NCBI GenBank assembly: GCA_030916965.1
Contig: JAUPVQ010000030.1
Span: forward strand, 1-60,894
From: Patescibacteria group bacterium
Lineage (GTDB): Bacteria; Patescibacteriota; Minisyncoccia; Phycocordibacterales; UBA9973
DNA: 60,894 nucleotides
Direction: 5' to 3'
Both the position numbers and the translations under genes were made by a program. The notes under the pieces are model-generated. The model did not search any database and had not been told where the DNA came from. It worked only from the letters and a program-made list of their open reading frames with translations. Of this stretch, positions 1 to 9,517 are shown in pieces; position 1 is the stretch's first letter, and every line of letters starts with the position of its first letter.

Positions 1-912
1 ATCTCTTTGTTTACTGGAGATGCTGGTAGTGGCGAAAGTGAAATTCGACGTTGGATATTAGAGAAAGATTTATTGGAAACTATCGTGGCATTGCCCGACC
101 AATTGTTCTATAACACCGGCATTAATACATACCTATGGTTTGTGACAAATAGAAAATCAAAGGAACGTAAAGGCAAAGTTCAACTTATTGATGCACGAAC
201 ATTTTTCAAAAAGACTCGCAAAAGCTTGGGTAGTAAGCGCCATGAAATAGACACCAATCACAAAAAGGAAATATTAGATATTTATGAAAGTTTTACTGAG
301 GGTGAATTTTCAAAGATTTTCAAAACAACCGATTTTGCGTATAGACAAATAACTATCGAACGCCCACTTCGTTTGAAATTCGATTTTACAGATGCAAAAA
401 TAAAAGAATTGTTAGAAGTTTTTGACATCAAAGATAACAAAACTGGCATGAAGGATTTTATAGAATCTTTTGAAAATCAAATCATAACTAATAAAAAAGT
501 ATTAGACGAAAGAATTGCAGATTATATAAAACAACACAAAACTATCAAACTTACTGCCGGGCAATATAAAAAGTTTATTTCTATAGCTGGTGAGTGTGAT
601 GAAAATTCAGAAATTTGTGTAGACAAAGATGGTAATATCGAACCCGATGGCGAACTTCGTGATTATGAAAATGTACCATTTGAAATGGATATTTATGAAT
701 ATTTCAATAAAGAGGTAAAGCCATATGTGCCTGATGCTTGGATCAATGAATCAGTGGTGGACCACAAAGACAGCAAGGTGGGTGTGGTAGGCTATGAAAT
801 CCCATTTACTAGATATTTCTATAAATACGAAGCGCCAAGAAGTTTGGAGGCTATTGAGACTGATATAGAAAGGGTTGAAAATGAATTATTAGACTTATTA
901 AAGCAATTATAA
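1..912 (+). CDS. hsdM: Type I restriction-modification DNA methyltransferase subunit M, C-terminal part (5' end cut by window edge)
   Basis: The frame is open to base 1 (ISLFTGDAGSGES...). The C-terminal region is HsdM-like (IRRWILEKDLLETIVALPDQLFYNTGINTYLWF). It sits in one strand-coherent operon with hsdS and hsdR. Confidence 0.85.
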   Translation: MSLFTGDAGSGESEIRRWILEKDLLETIVALPDQLFYNTGINTYLWFVTNRKSKERKGKVQLIDARTFFKKTRKSLGSKRHEIDTNHKKEILDIYESFTEGEFSKIFKTTDFAYRQITIERPLRLKFDFTDAKIKELLEVFDIKDNKTGMKDFIESFENQIITNKKVLDERIADYIKQHKTIKLTAGQYKKFISIAGECDENSEICVDKDGNIEPDGELRDYENVPFEMDIYEYFNKEVKPYVPDAWINESVVDHKDSKVGVVGYEIPFTRYFYKYEAPRSLEAIETDIERVENELLDLLKQL

Positions 913-913
913 A

Positions 914-1234
914 ATGTATAAATCAGATATTATAAAGGCAATAGAAAATCAACAGATGATTAGAATTCATTGGAAAAAAGAAACCACTGGACAATATTCT
1001 GAGTGTGACTTTGCTCCGTATGATATATTCCCAAAAACAAAGAAGGGCTCTTACTATGAACGCGATATCTTGTTGGGTGTAGAACATGAAAAATTTGGCT
1101 ACAAAGATCATGTTGCAAATATTTATTTAGATACAATTCAAAGTGTTAGTATTTTGAATCAGCATTTTGATGGAAACGAAGTCAGAAGAATTATAAATCC
1201 AAAATATAATCCCGTAATTCATCGTAATTGGTAA
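914..1234 (+). CDS. Small hypothetical protein embedded between hsdM and hsdS (possible WYL/SH3-like beta-barrel)
   Basis: 106-aa ORF that starts 1 nt after the hsdM stop and ends 1 nt before hsdS. The pattern IRIHW..CDFAPYDIF..ILLGVEH..ANIYLDTIQSVSIL resembles WYL-type barrels. This is a weak call made by eye. Confidence 0.5.
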   Translation: MYKSDIIKAIENQQMIRIHWKKETTGQYSECDFAPYDIFPKTKKGSYYERDILLGVEHEKFGYKDHVANIYLDTIQSVSILNQHFDGNEVRRIINPKYNPVIHRNW

Positions 1235-1235
1235 T

Positions 1236-2507
1236 ATGCAAACACTAAAACTTACAAAAAAATACGAAACATATCCTGAATGCAAAGATTCGGGGGTTGA
1301 TTGGTTGGGTAAAATCCCGAAAGATTGGGGATTAGAAAAGTTAAAAAATAAGTTTAATTTTGAGAAAGGAAAAGATGCGGCTAAATTTACTCAAGATTAT
1401 ATAGGACATGAAAAAAATATAGGCAATTATCCTGTATACAGCGGGCAAACAGAAAATAATGGAATAATGGGAAATATAAATTCATATGAATATGATCTTA
1501 GTGCTCCTGCAATATTCACGACAACTGTTGGGGCTAAAGCCATGACCCCATTAGTTTTGAATGGTAAATTTAATCTTTCTCAGAATTGTCTTTTAATGGT
1601 TCCTAAAAATAGAGATACTGATTCTCGTTTTTTCTACTATCAGTTATTCGGTTTATTTAAAAGTATGAAAGACGAAATTCCTTCACATATGCAACCCTCA
1701 TTGAGAGTTAGTGATTTAAATAAATCATCAGTCGTATATATTTCACCAGAAAACCAAACAAAAATTTCAAATTACCTAGATGAAAAGACAAAAAATATTG
1801 ATCAAATAATTGAGAAAAAACAAAAACTTATTGAGCTTTTGCGTGAAAAACGCACAACGATTATTAATAATGCGGTTACAAAATTTAATGTAGAAGGTAG
1901 AACAGGAAAAATAAAACATTTAGTTAAGTCTATTGAATCTGGTATTTGGGGTGATAACCCTTTAGAAAATTATGATGATATAAAATGTCTTCGTGTGGCT
2001 GACTTTGATTATGAAAACCTGAGTTTTTCTCAAGTTGAAACAATTAGGAATAATCCTAATTTATCAAAGAAAAAAATATTAAAAAAAGGTGATATTTTGG
2101 TTGAAAAATCTGGTGGTGGTGAAAAAACTCCTGTAGGTAGAGCTATCCTTTTTAATTCTGATGAAAAAATGGTATGTGCTAACTTTATAGATATTATTAG
2201 GGTTAATACAGATAAAATTTTACCAGAATTTTTAGTGTTTTATTTGTCATATATATATTCAGGAAGAATAAATACTAAATATATTAAGCAAAATACAGGT
2301 ATTCAAAATATGGACATTAAAACTTATTTTAGTGAAATGATTACTATCCCGGATTTAAATACCCAAAAAGATATTATTATTACTATTTATAAAAAAATGA
2401 ATATTTTTGATAGTGCTTTAAAAAAGGTTGAAAAATCACTCGAAACATTACAAGAATTTAAATCCTCGTTAATATCAAATGTCGTAACAGGAAAAGTAAA
2501 AATATAG
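1236..2507 (+). CDS. hsdS: Type I restriction-modification specificity subunit S
   Basis: Two target-recognition halves, each followed by a conserved helical spacer (KQKLIELLREKRTTIINNAVT and LETLQEFKSSLISNVVTGKVKI). It lies between hsdM and hsdR. Confidence 0.85.
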   Translation: MQTLKLTKKYETYPECKDSGVDWLGKIPKDWGLEKLKNKFNFEKGKDAAKFTQDYIGHEKNIGNYPVYSGQTENNGIMGNINSYEYDLSAPAIFTTTVGAKAMTPLVLNGKFNLSQNCLLMVPKNRDTDSRFFYYQLFGLFKSMKDEIPSHMQPSLRVSDLNKSSVVYISPENQTKISNYLDEKTKNIDQIIEKKQKLIELLREKRTTIINNAVTKFNVEGRTGKIKHLVKSIESGIWGDNPLENYDDIKCLRVADFDYENLSFSQVETIRNNPNLSKKKILKKGDILVEKSGGGEKTPVGRAILFNSDEKMVCANFIDIIRVNTDKILPEFLVFYLSYIYSGRINTKYIKQNTGIQNMDIKTYFSEMITIPDLNTQKDIIITIYKKMNIFDSALKKVEKSLETLQEFKSSLISNVVTGKVKI

Positions 2508-2511
2508 ACTT

Positions 2512-3717
2512 ATGAGATTAAAATCAGAAAGATTAGATGCTGTTGAATTGGACAACGAAGTCTTTAAAAAACTTCTAAACTTTTATCCAGAAGAAAAACT
2601 CATGGAACATGAGGTATTTAAGAATGCATTTAATGTAAGCTCAATTACCTATAATGAGCTAAAGAGCATAAGTGAAAAGATACATCTTCCTTGGCAGATG
2701 TTTTTACTTGATATGGATAATTTAAAAAGAGAATTAGAAAATATTGAAAAAAATAGATTAGATAAGTTTCCAAAAGAGCTGCTCCAAATACATAAAAGAA
2801 AATCTGCAGGAGAAGTAACCTCAAAAAGGATTATTGATCGACAAATAAGAACACAGTCTTTTGTGGTGTCTCAGTTACCAGAAAATTTTGTTTGTGATTT
2901 TTCAGGTTCTTTGAAGGGTAAGGATATGCAAAATTGCGTAAATAACATTATTAGTTATTTTCATATTGATTTGAATTATTTCAGGTCTAGAGAATCAGGT
3001 GAAAAAGCAAAAGAATATCTTATTCAGCAAATTCATTTAAAGGGTAATATTAATATATCACAAGGTGTTAGAAAAAATGGTATTTTACCTGAAGTTAAAA
3101 ACACATCCACTTTGTACAAAAATACTAGCGGTTTTGTTGTTAAAGATAAAAAAATACCTTTTATTTTCTTACCCAGCGAACTTAACCCGAATGAAAATCA
3201 TTTCAGACAAATATATACTTTAATGTACTTGATTGTTATTATTGGAATGGAAGAGTATTCACACGCTATTGAAAATTATTCGATTCAAAAAATAAGAGAT
3301 GATAAAAAATTTAAATTAATTAATGATGTTGTTTCTGAAATACTTTTACCCACATCTATAACTAATAGCCTAGGTTTTAATTCTATTGATAGAGATATGG
3401 TCAATAAGCTAAAGGATGAATATAAGATTTCTTACACAGCAATTTTGTTTGTTTTAAGAATTAGAAAAAAAATTGATAAAGAATACTATGAATCATTAAA
3501 ACTTCCAGAAAGGGAAATCAGTGTTTTTATAGAGATAAAAAAATGGTTTAACCAACCTCATATAATAACTTCGGTAAGAAAATTTTGCGGGGATGTTGCT
3601 TTTGAAAAAGTTAATAATGCTATTAAAAATAATTCAATTTATCCAAATCAAGCGCAAATGATTATTTTTGGTCGATTTAGAAAAGATAAATGGAGTGATT
3701 ATAGATCAAAAATATGA
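2512..3717 (+). CDS. Xre/ImmA-IrrE (COG2856)-like protein lacking the HExxH metal site
   Basis: 401 aa. The segment KKIPFIFLPSELNPNENHFRQIYTLMYLIVIIGMEEYSH aligns by eye with the ImmA/IrrE core where ..FTLAHELGH.. normally sits. No HExxH occurs anywhere in the protein. The C-terminal LKDEYKISYTAILFVLRIRKKI resembles the ImmA C-helix region. A 4-nt ATGA overlap joins it to the next ORF. Confidence 0.45.
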   Translation: MRLKSERLDAVELDNEVFKKLLNFYPEEKLMEHEVFKNAFNVSSITYNELKSISEKIHLPWQMFLLDMDNLKRELENIEKNRLDKFPKELLQIHKRKSAGEVTSKRIIDRQIRTQSFVVSQLPENFVCDFSGSLKGKDMQNCVNNIISYFHIDLNYFRSRESGEKAKEYLIQQIHLKGNINISQGVRKNGILPEVKNTSTLYKNTSGFVVKDKKIPFIFLPSELNPNENHFRQIYTLMYLIVIIGMEEYSHAIENYSIQKIRDDKKFKLINDVVSEILLPTSITNSLGFNSIDRDMVNKLKDEYKISYTAILFVLRIRKKIDKEYYESLKLPEREISVFIEIKKWFNQPHIITSVRKFCGDVAFEKVNNAIKNNSIYPNQAQMIIFGRFRKDKWSDYRSKI

Positions 3718-4151
3718 AAATTATAGATACAAACATTTTAAATAAATTTGTAAAAGGAGAAATCATACTTGATTTGTCTAATGGATTTTATATTACAGAT
3801 GATTTAAAAAATGAAATTGATAATCTTAAGTCAATTTCCTCTGAATACAAGAGACAAGCAGAAAGAATAACGTTTATAGATATTAAAAACCATCCTCATT
3901 TTAATGAAGCTAAATATCTAGAAAATTACAAACAATCGATAAATAAATACAATAGTATTGTATCCTTTTATGGTTTAAAAGGCCTGGGTGATATTTCGAT
4001 TATTGCAATGATTTCAACAATTATAAATCACCCTAACCCAACACTGTTCGAAGGTAATGATATAATTGAAATAATTACGCACGATGGACCCTTAAAGGAT
4101 GTTTTAGGAGAAAAGTTTGGGAAAAAGATTATCATTAACGATCCTATGTAA
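3714..4151 (+). CDS. PIN-like (DUF4411-like) putative nuclease
   Basis: 145 aa. N-terminal MKIIDTNIL, with further acidic positions in GLGDISIIAM and IITHDG, spaced as in PIN-fold proteins. It is translationally coupled to the upstream ORF. Confidence 0.5.
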   Translation: MKIIDTNILNKFVKGEIILDLSNGFYITDDLKNEIDNLKSISSEYKRQAERITFIDIKNHPHFNEAKYLENYKQSINKYNSIVSFYGLKGLGDISIIAMISTIINHPNPTLFEGNDIIEIITHDGPLKDVLGEKFGKKIIINDPM

Positions 4152-4157
4152 AATAAC

Positions 4158-7127
4158 ATGACACAAAAAACAAACACAAAAGAATCAGGGTTCGAGGAGT
4201 TTATTGAAAATGAACTGGTGAATAGTCAGGGGTATTTGTCGCGGCAAAGTTCAAGTTATGACAAGGCTCTTTGTATGGATACCGAGCTTGTTTTGGAATT
4301 TATTCAAAAGACTCAAAATGAAAGTTGGGCTAAATTGGCCGAGCAGTATGGAGATGAAGTGGGCGAGAAGTTCTTGGCACGATTAGATGACGAGGTAAAT
4401 GCTCGCGGGCTTTTGGATGTACTGCGCACTGGTGTGTCTGACAGGGGTGAGAGGTTCCGTTTGGCATATTTCAAGCCCGAGAATAGTAGGAATTCTGAAA
4501 CATTGGCTGATTATGCGGGTAATATTCTCAGTGTCATGCGCCAGGTTAAATACAGTGCAAAGAATGAAAATTCTATTGATATGGTTTTGTTTGTAAACGG
4601 CTTGCCTTTGTTTACTGTTGAATTAAAAAATCAATTTACAGGGCAAAATGTAATCAATGCTATTTCGCAATATCGTACCGATCGTGATCAAAAAGAAAGG
4701 CTACTTTCTTTCAAAAGATGCTTAACACATTTTGCTATGGATACCGACCAAGCGTATATGACAACAAGGCTTGAAGGTTTGAATACTTATTTCTTGCCAT
4801 TTAACAAAGGCAACAAAGGTTCATCGGGTAACCCCGAGGCGCCAAAAGGTAAATATAAAACTCATTATTTGTGGGATGAGGTTTGGGTTAAAGACAGTGT
4901 TTTTGATTTAATAAGTAATTTTATTCAAGAAGTAGTTGAAGAGAAGAAGGACAAAAATGGCAAGATAAGAAGGGAAGAGAAAATAATTTTCCCTCGATAT
5001 CATCAGTTGGAAGCTGTTCGCAAATTAGTGACTGATGCGCAAATAAATGGTGCAGGTAAAAATTATCTAATTCAGCACAGTGCCGGTTCGGGTAAAAGTA
5101 ATACTATTGCATGGGTAGCGCATAGGTTGGCGGAACTTCATAATGAAAATGGTCAAAATGTTTTCGATGGTGTTATTGTCGTGACCGATCGTCGGGTGCT
5201 GGATAAACAATTGTCTGATACAGTTAAAAGCTTTAGCCAAATTGTGGGTCTGGTAAAACATGTTGAATCATCTGCTGAACTGAAGGAGGGTATTGAAAAG
5301 GGTACTAGAATTCTAACAAGTACTTTGCAAAAATTCCCAGTAATTGTTGATAGTATTGAAAAAACCGAAGGTAAAAAATTTGCTGTAATTATTGACGAGG
5401 CCCATTCATCACAATCGGGCGAAAGTGCGGCTGATCTAAGGCAGGCATTAACATTAGATGAAGCAGAAAAAGACGAAGAGAAGGCCGAGAAAGCTTTTAA
5501 AACAGTTGAAGATCAAATAATAGAACGCATGAAAGCGCGCAAGGTAGCATCGCCTAATTTGTCATTTTTTGCTTTTACAGCAACACCAAAACAAAAGACA
5601 TTGGAATTATTCGGCACAGAGGATACACTGACTGGTAAATTTGGTCCGTTTTCATTGTATTCAATGAAGCAAGCAATTGAAGAAAAGTTTATTTTAGACG
5701 TGTTAAAAAATTACACAACTTATCAAACATATTTTGGACTTTTAAAAAAGGTAGAGGACGATCCAGAATTCGACAAGAAAAAGGCTCAAAGATTAATGGT
5801 GGGTTATGTCGAGCGTCACGAGCATGCGATTGATAAAAAGGTGGCAATAATGGCCGAACATTTTGAAGAGAAAATTGCTGGTTTAATAAATGGTAAAGCT
5901 AAAGCTATGGTGGTTACTAAATCACGTTTGCATGCAGTGCGTTATAAAATTGCTTTTGATAAATATCTAAAAGAGAAGGGTTATAATCACAAAACATTGG
6001 TGGCATTTTCAAGTACAGTTAAAGATGTTGATACAAAATTAGAATACACCGAAGGTCAAATGAATAGTATCCCTGAAAGCCAAACAGCTGAAGAATTCAA
6101 AAAAGACGAATACAAGTTTCTAATTGTTGCCGAAAAATACCAAACCGGATTTGACCAACCATTGTTGTCGGTAATGTATGTCGACAAAAAGTTGGGCGGT
6201 GTTAGTGCAGTACAAACATTGTCACGTCTAAATCGTACAACTTATGCCAAGCAAGATACCTTTGTGTTGGACTTTGTGAATGATACTGATGATATTAAAG
6301 AGGCTTTCCAACCATATTACACAACTACAATACTTTCAGAGGCGACAAATCCAAATATACTGCATGATTTAGAACGTGACGTGTTAGGTTTTAAATTCTT
6401 TACTGATTTTGAAGTAAATGGATTTATTGATGAATATTTTGGTAATGCGACACCTGATGTATTGAATAATATAATTGACAATGTAGTAATGCGCATAAGT
6501 GAAGAAAATTTAACCGCTGAAGAAATGGAGAGTTTCAAAACTACAGTTTTTGATTATCTTAAAAAGTATGCGTTTATTTCACAAATTGTTACTTTTGAAA
6601 ATCCTCAACTTGAAAAGTTGTTTATCTTCTTGAAATTCTTAGTCAAAAAACTACCGAAGAGGGAAAATCCTTTGCCGTACGAAGTACTTGAAGCAATTGA
6701 TATGGAAACATACAAAGTTGAAAAAAAGGTAGAGACAAATGTTTTGCTTGAAAATAAAGATGGCGAAATTGATCCAATGGGTGGTGGTGGAGATGGTCAT
6801 ACTGGTCCAGAAGATGAAATAGATATGCTCTCAAAAATTATTAAAGAAATAAATGACAGATATGGTACGAATTTCAGTGATTCTGACAAGGTAATATTAA
6901 ATGATTTAAGTCTAAGATTGTTAAAGAGTGATATATTGCAAGGCTCGGTTAAAAATAATAGTAAAGATTCTGCTAAACTAAAATTTGATCAGTTGTTCCA
7001 AGATGAACTTGTTGGTGTTTTGGATAATCACTTTAATTTATACCAAAAGCTTGACCAAAATCCCGAACTTAAAAAATTCGTTCAAGAGCGTGTATTTGAG
7101 TATGTTGTTAGAAAGATTAAGGTTTAA
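4158..7127 (+). CDS. hsdR: Type I restriction endonuclease subunit R
   Basis: 989 aa. N-terminal PD-(D/E)xK nuclease (IDMVLFVNGLPLFTVELKN), helicase motif I (QHSAGSGKSNT), DEAH box (IIDEAHSSQ), and QTGFDQP in the helicase C-terminal half. Confidence 0.9.
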   Translation: MTQKTNTKESGFEEFIENELVNSQGYLSRQSSSYDKALCMDTELVLEFIQKTQNESWAKLAEQYGDEVGEKFLARLDDEVNARGLLDVLRTGVSDRGERFRLAYFKPENSRNSETLADYAGNILSVMRQVKYSAKNENSIDMVLFVNGLPLFTVELKNQFTGQNVINAISQYRTDRDQKERLLSFKRCLTHFAMDTDQAYMTTRLEGLNTYFLPFNKGNKGSSGNPEAPKGKYKTHYLWDEVWVKDSVFDLISNFIQEVVEEKKDKNGKIRREEKIIFPRYHQLEAVRKLVTDAQINGAGKNYLIQHSAGSGKSNTIAWVAHRLAELHNENGQNVFDGVIVVTDRRVLDKQLSDTVKSFSQIVGLVKHVESSAELKEGIEKGTRILTSTLQKFPVIVDSIEKTEGKKFAVIIDEAHSSQSGESAADLRQALTLDEAEKDEEKAEKAFKTVEDQIIERMKARKVASPNLSFFAFTATPKQKTLELFGTEDTLTGKFGPFSLYSMKQAIEEKFILDVLKNYTTYQTYFGLLKKVEDDPEFDKKKAQRLMVGYVERHEHAIDKKVAIMAEHFEEKIAGLINGKAKAMVVTKSRLHAVRYKIAFDKYLKEKGYNHKTLVAFSSTVKDVDTKLEYTEGQMNSIPESQTAEEFKKDEYKFLIVAEKYQTGFDQPLLSVMYVDKKLGGVSAVQTLSRLNRTTYAKQDTFVLDFVNDTDDIKEAFQPYYTTTILSEATNPNILHDLERDVLGFKFFTDFEVNGFIDEYFGNATPDVLNNIIDNVVMRISEENLTAEEMESFKTTVFDYLKKYAFISQIVTFENPQLEKLFIFLKFLVKKLPKRENPLPYEVLEAIDMETYKVEKKVETNVLLENKDGEIDPMGGGGDGHTGPEDEIDMLSKIIKEINDRYGTNFSDSDKVILNDLSLRLLKSDILQGSVKNNSKDSAKLKFDQLFQDELVGVLDNHFNLYQKLDQNPELKKFVQERVFEYVVRKIKV

Positions 7128-7227
7128 TTATGGAAAAAGATAGGGATTAAAGGTGTCAGGTACCATTAAAGTAGCTGATTTTTAGAAATTTGGCAGGATC
7201 TATAAAAAGGTCTATGATAGAGGTAGT

Positions 7228-8100
7228 ATGAACGAATCACATTCAGAGAGAAAAGCCCTTGCCTTCTACCAAAAACACCGCCATATAATAAACGGTATAG
7301 GTATTTTTGTACTCTTTTTTGCATTAGGCTGTGCAAGTCAAGCTCTATATTACAAATTTTCAAATAATCAAGTCTATACAGGGTCTGACACCACAGATGA
7401 TGACTGCTCGGTTGTGGGTATCAACTTACATGGAACTCTATTAACATATACTCCTGTCCATGCTGACAATGACCCAGCTTTTAATTATGATTCGGTGGCT
7501 AGTGAAGAGATTACATACAAAATCAAACAAGCAAATAAAGATGAAGATATTAAAGCAATTATTTTGGAAGTTGATTCTGGAGGGGGTGTCGGTGTGGCTG
7601 GAGAAGAAGTCTCTAACGCTGTAAAAAGTAGTGCCAAGCCTGTCATAGGGCTCATAAGGACTACTGGGGCATCTGCTGCGTATTTTGCCATAAGTAGTGC
7701 TGATAGAATATTTGCTTCTAAATTCTCTGATATTGGTGGAATTGGTGTAACTGCTTCTTATTTAAGTAATGTTCAAAAGAATCAAAAAGATGGCTTAAAT
7801 TACGAGCAATTAACTGCCGGTAAATATAAGGATTCGGGTAGGCCGGACAAGCCTCTAACACAAGATGAGAAGAATCTTTTCCTCAGAGATATAAATATTG
7901 GATATGAATATTTTGTCAAAGCTATTTCAGAGAATCGCAAAATTGCTATAGATAAAGTAAGAGTTATTGCTGATGGATCTACTGTAATGGGAGCGCAAGC
8001 TATGAAGATCGGTTTGATTGATGAGGTTGGGGGAATGGATGAAGTAGAAAAATATATTGAAGAGACAACAGGGGAGAAACCAGAGATTTGTTGGAAGTAA
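7228..8100 (+). CDS. sppA: Signal peptide peptidase SppA (36K type, S49 family)
   Basis: N-terminal TM helix, then ILEVDSGGG, GASAAYFAISSADRIF and GKYKD, which are typical of SppA. Confidence 0.85.
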   Translation: MNESHSERKALAFYQKHRHIINGIGIFVLFFALGCASQALYYKFSNNQVYTGSDTTDDDCSVVGINLHGTLLTYTPVHADNDPAFNYDSVASEEITYKIKQANKDEDIKAIILEVDSGGGVGVAGEEVSNAVKSSAKPVIGLIRTTGASAAYFAISSADRIFASKFSDIGGIGVTASYLSNVQKNQKDGLNYEQLTAGKYKDSGRPDKPLTQDEKNLFLRDINIGYEYFVKAISENRKIAIDKVRVIADGSTVMGAQAMKIGLIDEVGGMDEVEKYIEETTGEKPEICWK

Positions 8101-8150
8101 TTGTCTAGGACTCACAAGGACAGTCCTTGTGTATGTGTTAAAATGTTTTT

Positions 8151-8513
8151 ATGCAATTAAATAATCTAACAGAAGAAGAAAAGAGAGTAATAATCGACAA
8201 AGGCACGGAGATGCCTTTTGCCGGTGAGTATGTAAACAATACGGCACATGGTGTGTATGTTTGCAGGCAGTGCAATATGCCACTGTATAATTCACAAGAC
8301 AAATTTGAAAGTACTTGTGGGTGGCCGAGCTTCGATAATGAAATATCTGGGGCAGTTAAGCATACACTTGATGCTGATGGTTCAAGAACTGAAATTACAT
8401 GTGATAATTGCGGAGGGCATCTAGGGCATGTATTCGAAGGCGAAATGCTGACTGATAAAAATATAAGACATTGTGTAAATTCAATATCGTTAAAATTTAT
8501 AGAGGGGGAATAA
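8151..8513 (+). CDS. msrB: Peptide-methionine (R)-S-oxide reductase
   Basis: Two CxxC pairs ([20 protein letters not shown]), GWPSF, and the catalytic RHCVNS. Confidence 0.9.
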   Translation: MQLNNLTEEEKRVIIDKGTEMPFAGEYVNNTAHGVYVCRQCNMPLYNSQDKFESTCGWPSFDNEISGAVKHTLDADGSRTEITCDNCGGHLGHVFEGEMLTDKNIRHCVNSISLKFIEGE

Positions 8514-8534
8514 TTACTGTGTTATAATATTAAG

Positions 8535-9515
8535 ATGAAGAAGGTTACAAAAAATAAAGAATTGGTAATCTATCAAGCAAAGAACGGGGCGATTGAGCTT
8601 CGTGGTGATTTTTCGCATGAGACAGTATGGGCAAATCGTATGCAGATGGCTGAGATTTTTGGAGTTAATCCACAGGCTATTTCAAAGCATATAAGGAATA
8701 TTTATAAAGAAAAGGAACTAAATATAAAACCAACTAGTTCCAAAATGGAACTAGTTCAAAATGAATCTGGTAGAGTAGTTAGAAGAACTGTAGATATATA
8801 CAATCTTGATATGCTAATAGCTGTAGGATATAGAATTAACTCTGTAATTGGTACACAGTTTCGCATTTGGGCTACTAAAACCTTAAAAGAACATATTACC
8901 AAGGGCTACACAATCAATCGCAAACAAATTGGTAAGAATTATGATGCTTTTATGAAGTCAGTAGCCGATATACAAAATCTTTTGCCCGAGCATATGACAC
9001 TGGACCCAAAGGCAATACTGGATTTAGTAAAAGAATTCTCGGCTACATGGGTATCGCTTGATGCGTATGACCACGATAATCTAACAAGTATTGGAACAAC
9101 AAAGAAATCGATTAAATTAACCGGTAGTGAATTGACTGAGGCAATTTCGAATTTCCGAAATGAGCTTTTGAGAAAAGATGAAGCAACAGAAATTTTTGCC
9201 CAAGAGAGAAACGCAGGAAGTGTTGTGGGTATTGTAGGTAATGTAATGCAGTCATTTGGTGGCAAGGATGTATATGCAAGTATTGAAGAAAAGGCAGCCC
9301 ACCTACTTTATTTCATGGTTAAAAACCATCCTTTTGTAGATGGAAATAAAAGAAGTGGTGCTTTTGCATTTGTTTGGTTTTTGCGCAAAGCCAAGGCAAA
9401 AAATTTCAGAAATATTAATTCGGCAAGTTTGACTGCACTGACATTGCTAATAGCTGAGAGTAATCCTAATAAAAAAGATCAAATGACAGCATTAGTAACA
9501 CAAATGTTGAAATAA
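8535..9515 (+). CDS. RhuM-family N-terminal domain fused to a Fic/Doc domain
   Basis: N-terminus is RhuM-like (AIELRGDFSHETVWANRMQMAEIFGVNPQAISKHIRNIY). The C-terminus carries the Doc-type motif HPFVDGNKRSG. Confidence 0.8.
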   Translation: MKKVTKNKELVIYQAKNGAIELRGDFSHETVWANRMQMAEIFGVNPQAISKHIRNIYKEKELNIKPTSSKMELVQNESGRVVRRTVDIYNLDMLIAVGYRINSVIGTQFRIWATKTLKEHITKGYTINRKQIGKNYDAFMKSVADIQNLLPEHMTLDPKAILDLVKEFSATWVSLDAYDHDNLTSIGTTKKSIKLTGSELTEAISNFRNELLRKDEATEIFAQERNAGSVVGIVGNVMQSFGGKDVYASIEEKAAHLLYFMVKNHPFVDGNKRSGAFAFVWFLRKAKAKNFRNINSASLTALTLLIAESNPNKKDQMTALVTQMLK

Positions 9516-9517
9516 TC

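Noticed and set aside
8113-8131. Hairpin CACAAGGAC-A-GTCCTTGTG after sppA as a terminator
   Set aside because: The loop is too small and no U-tract follows. The sequence immediately runs into the msrB promoter, so it cannot be called a terminator with confidence.
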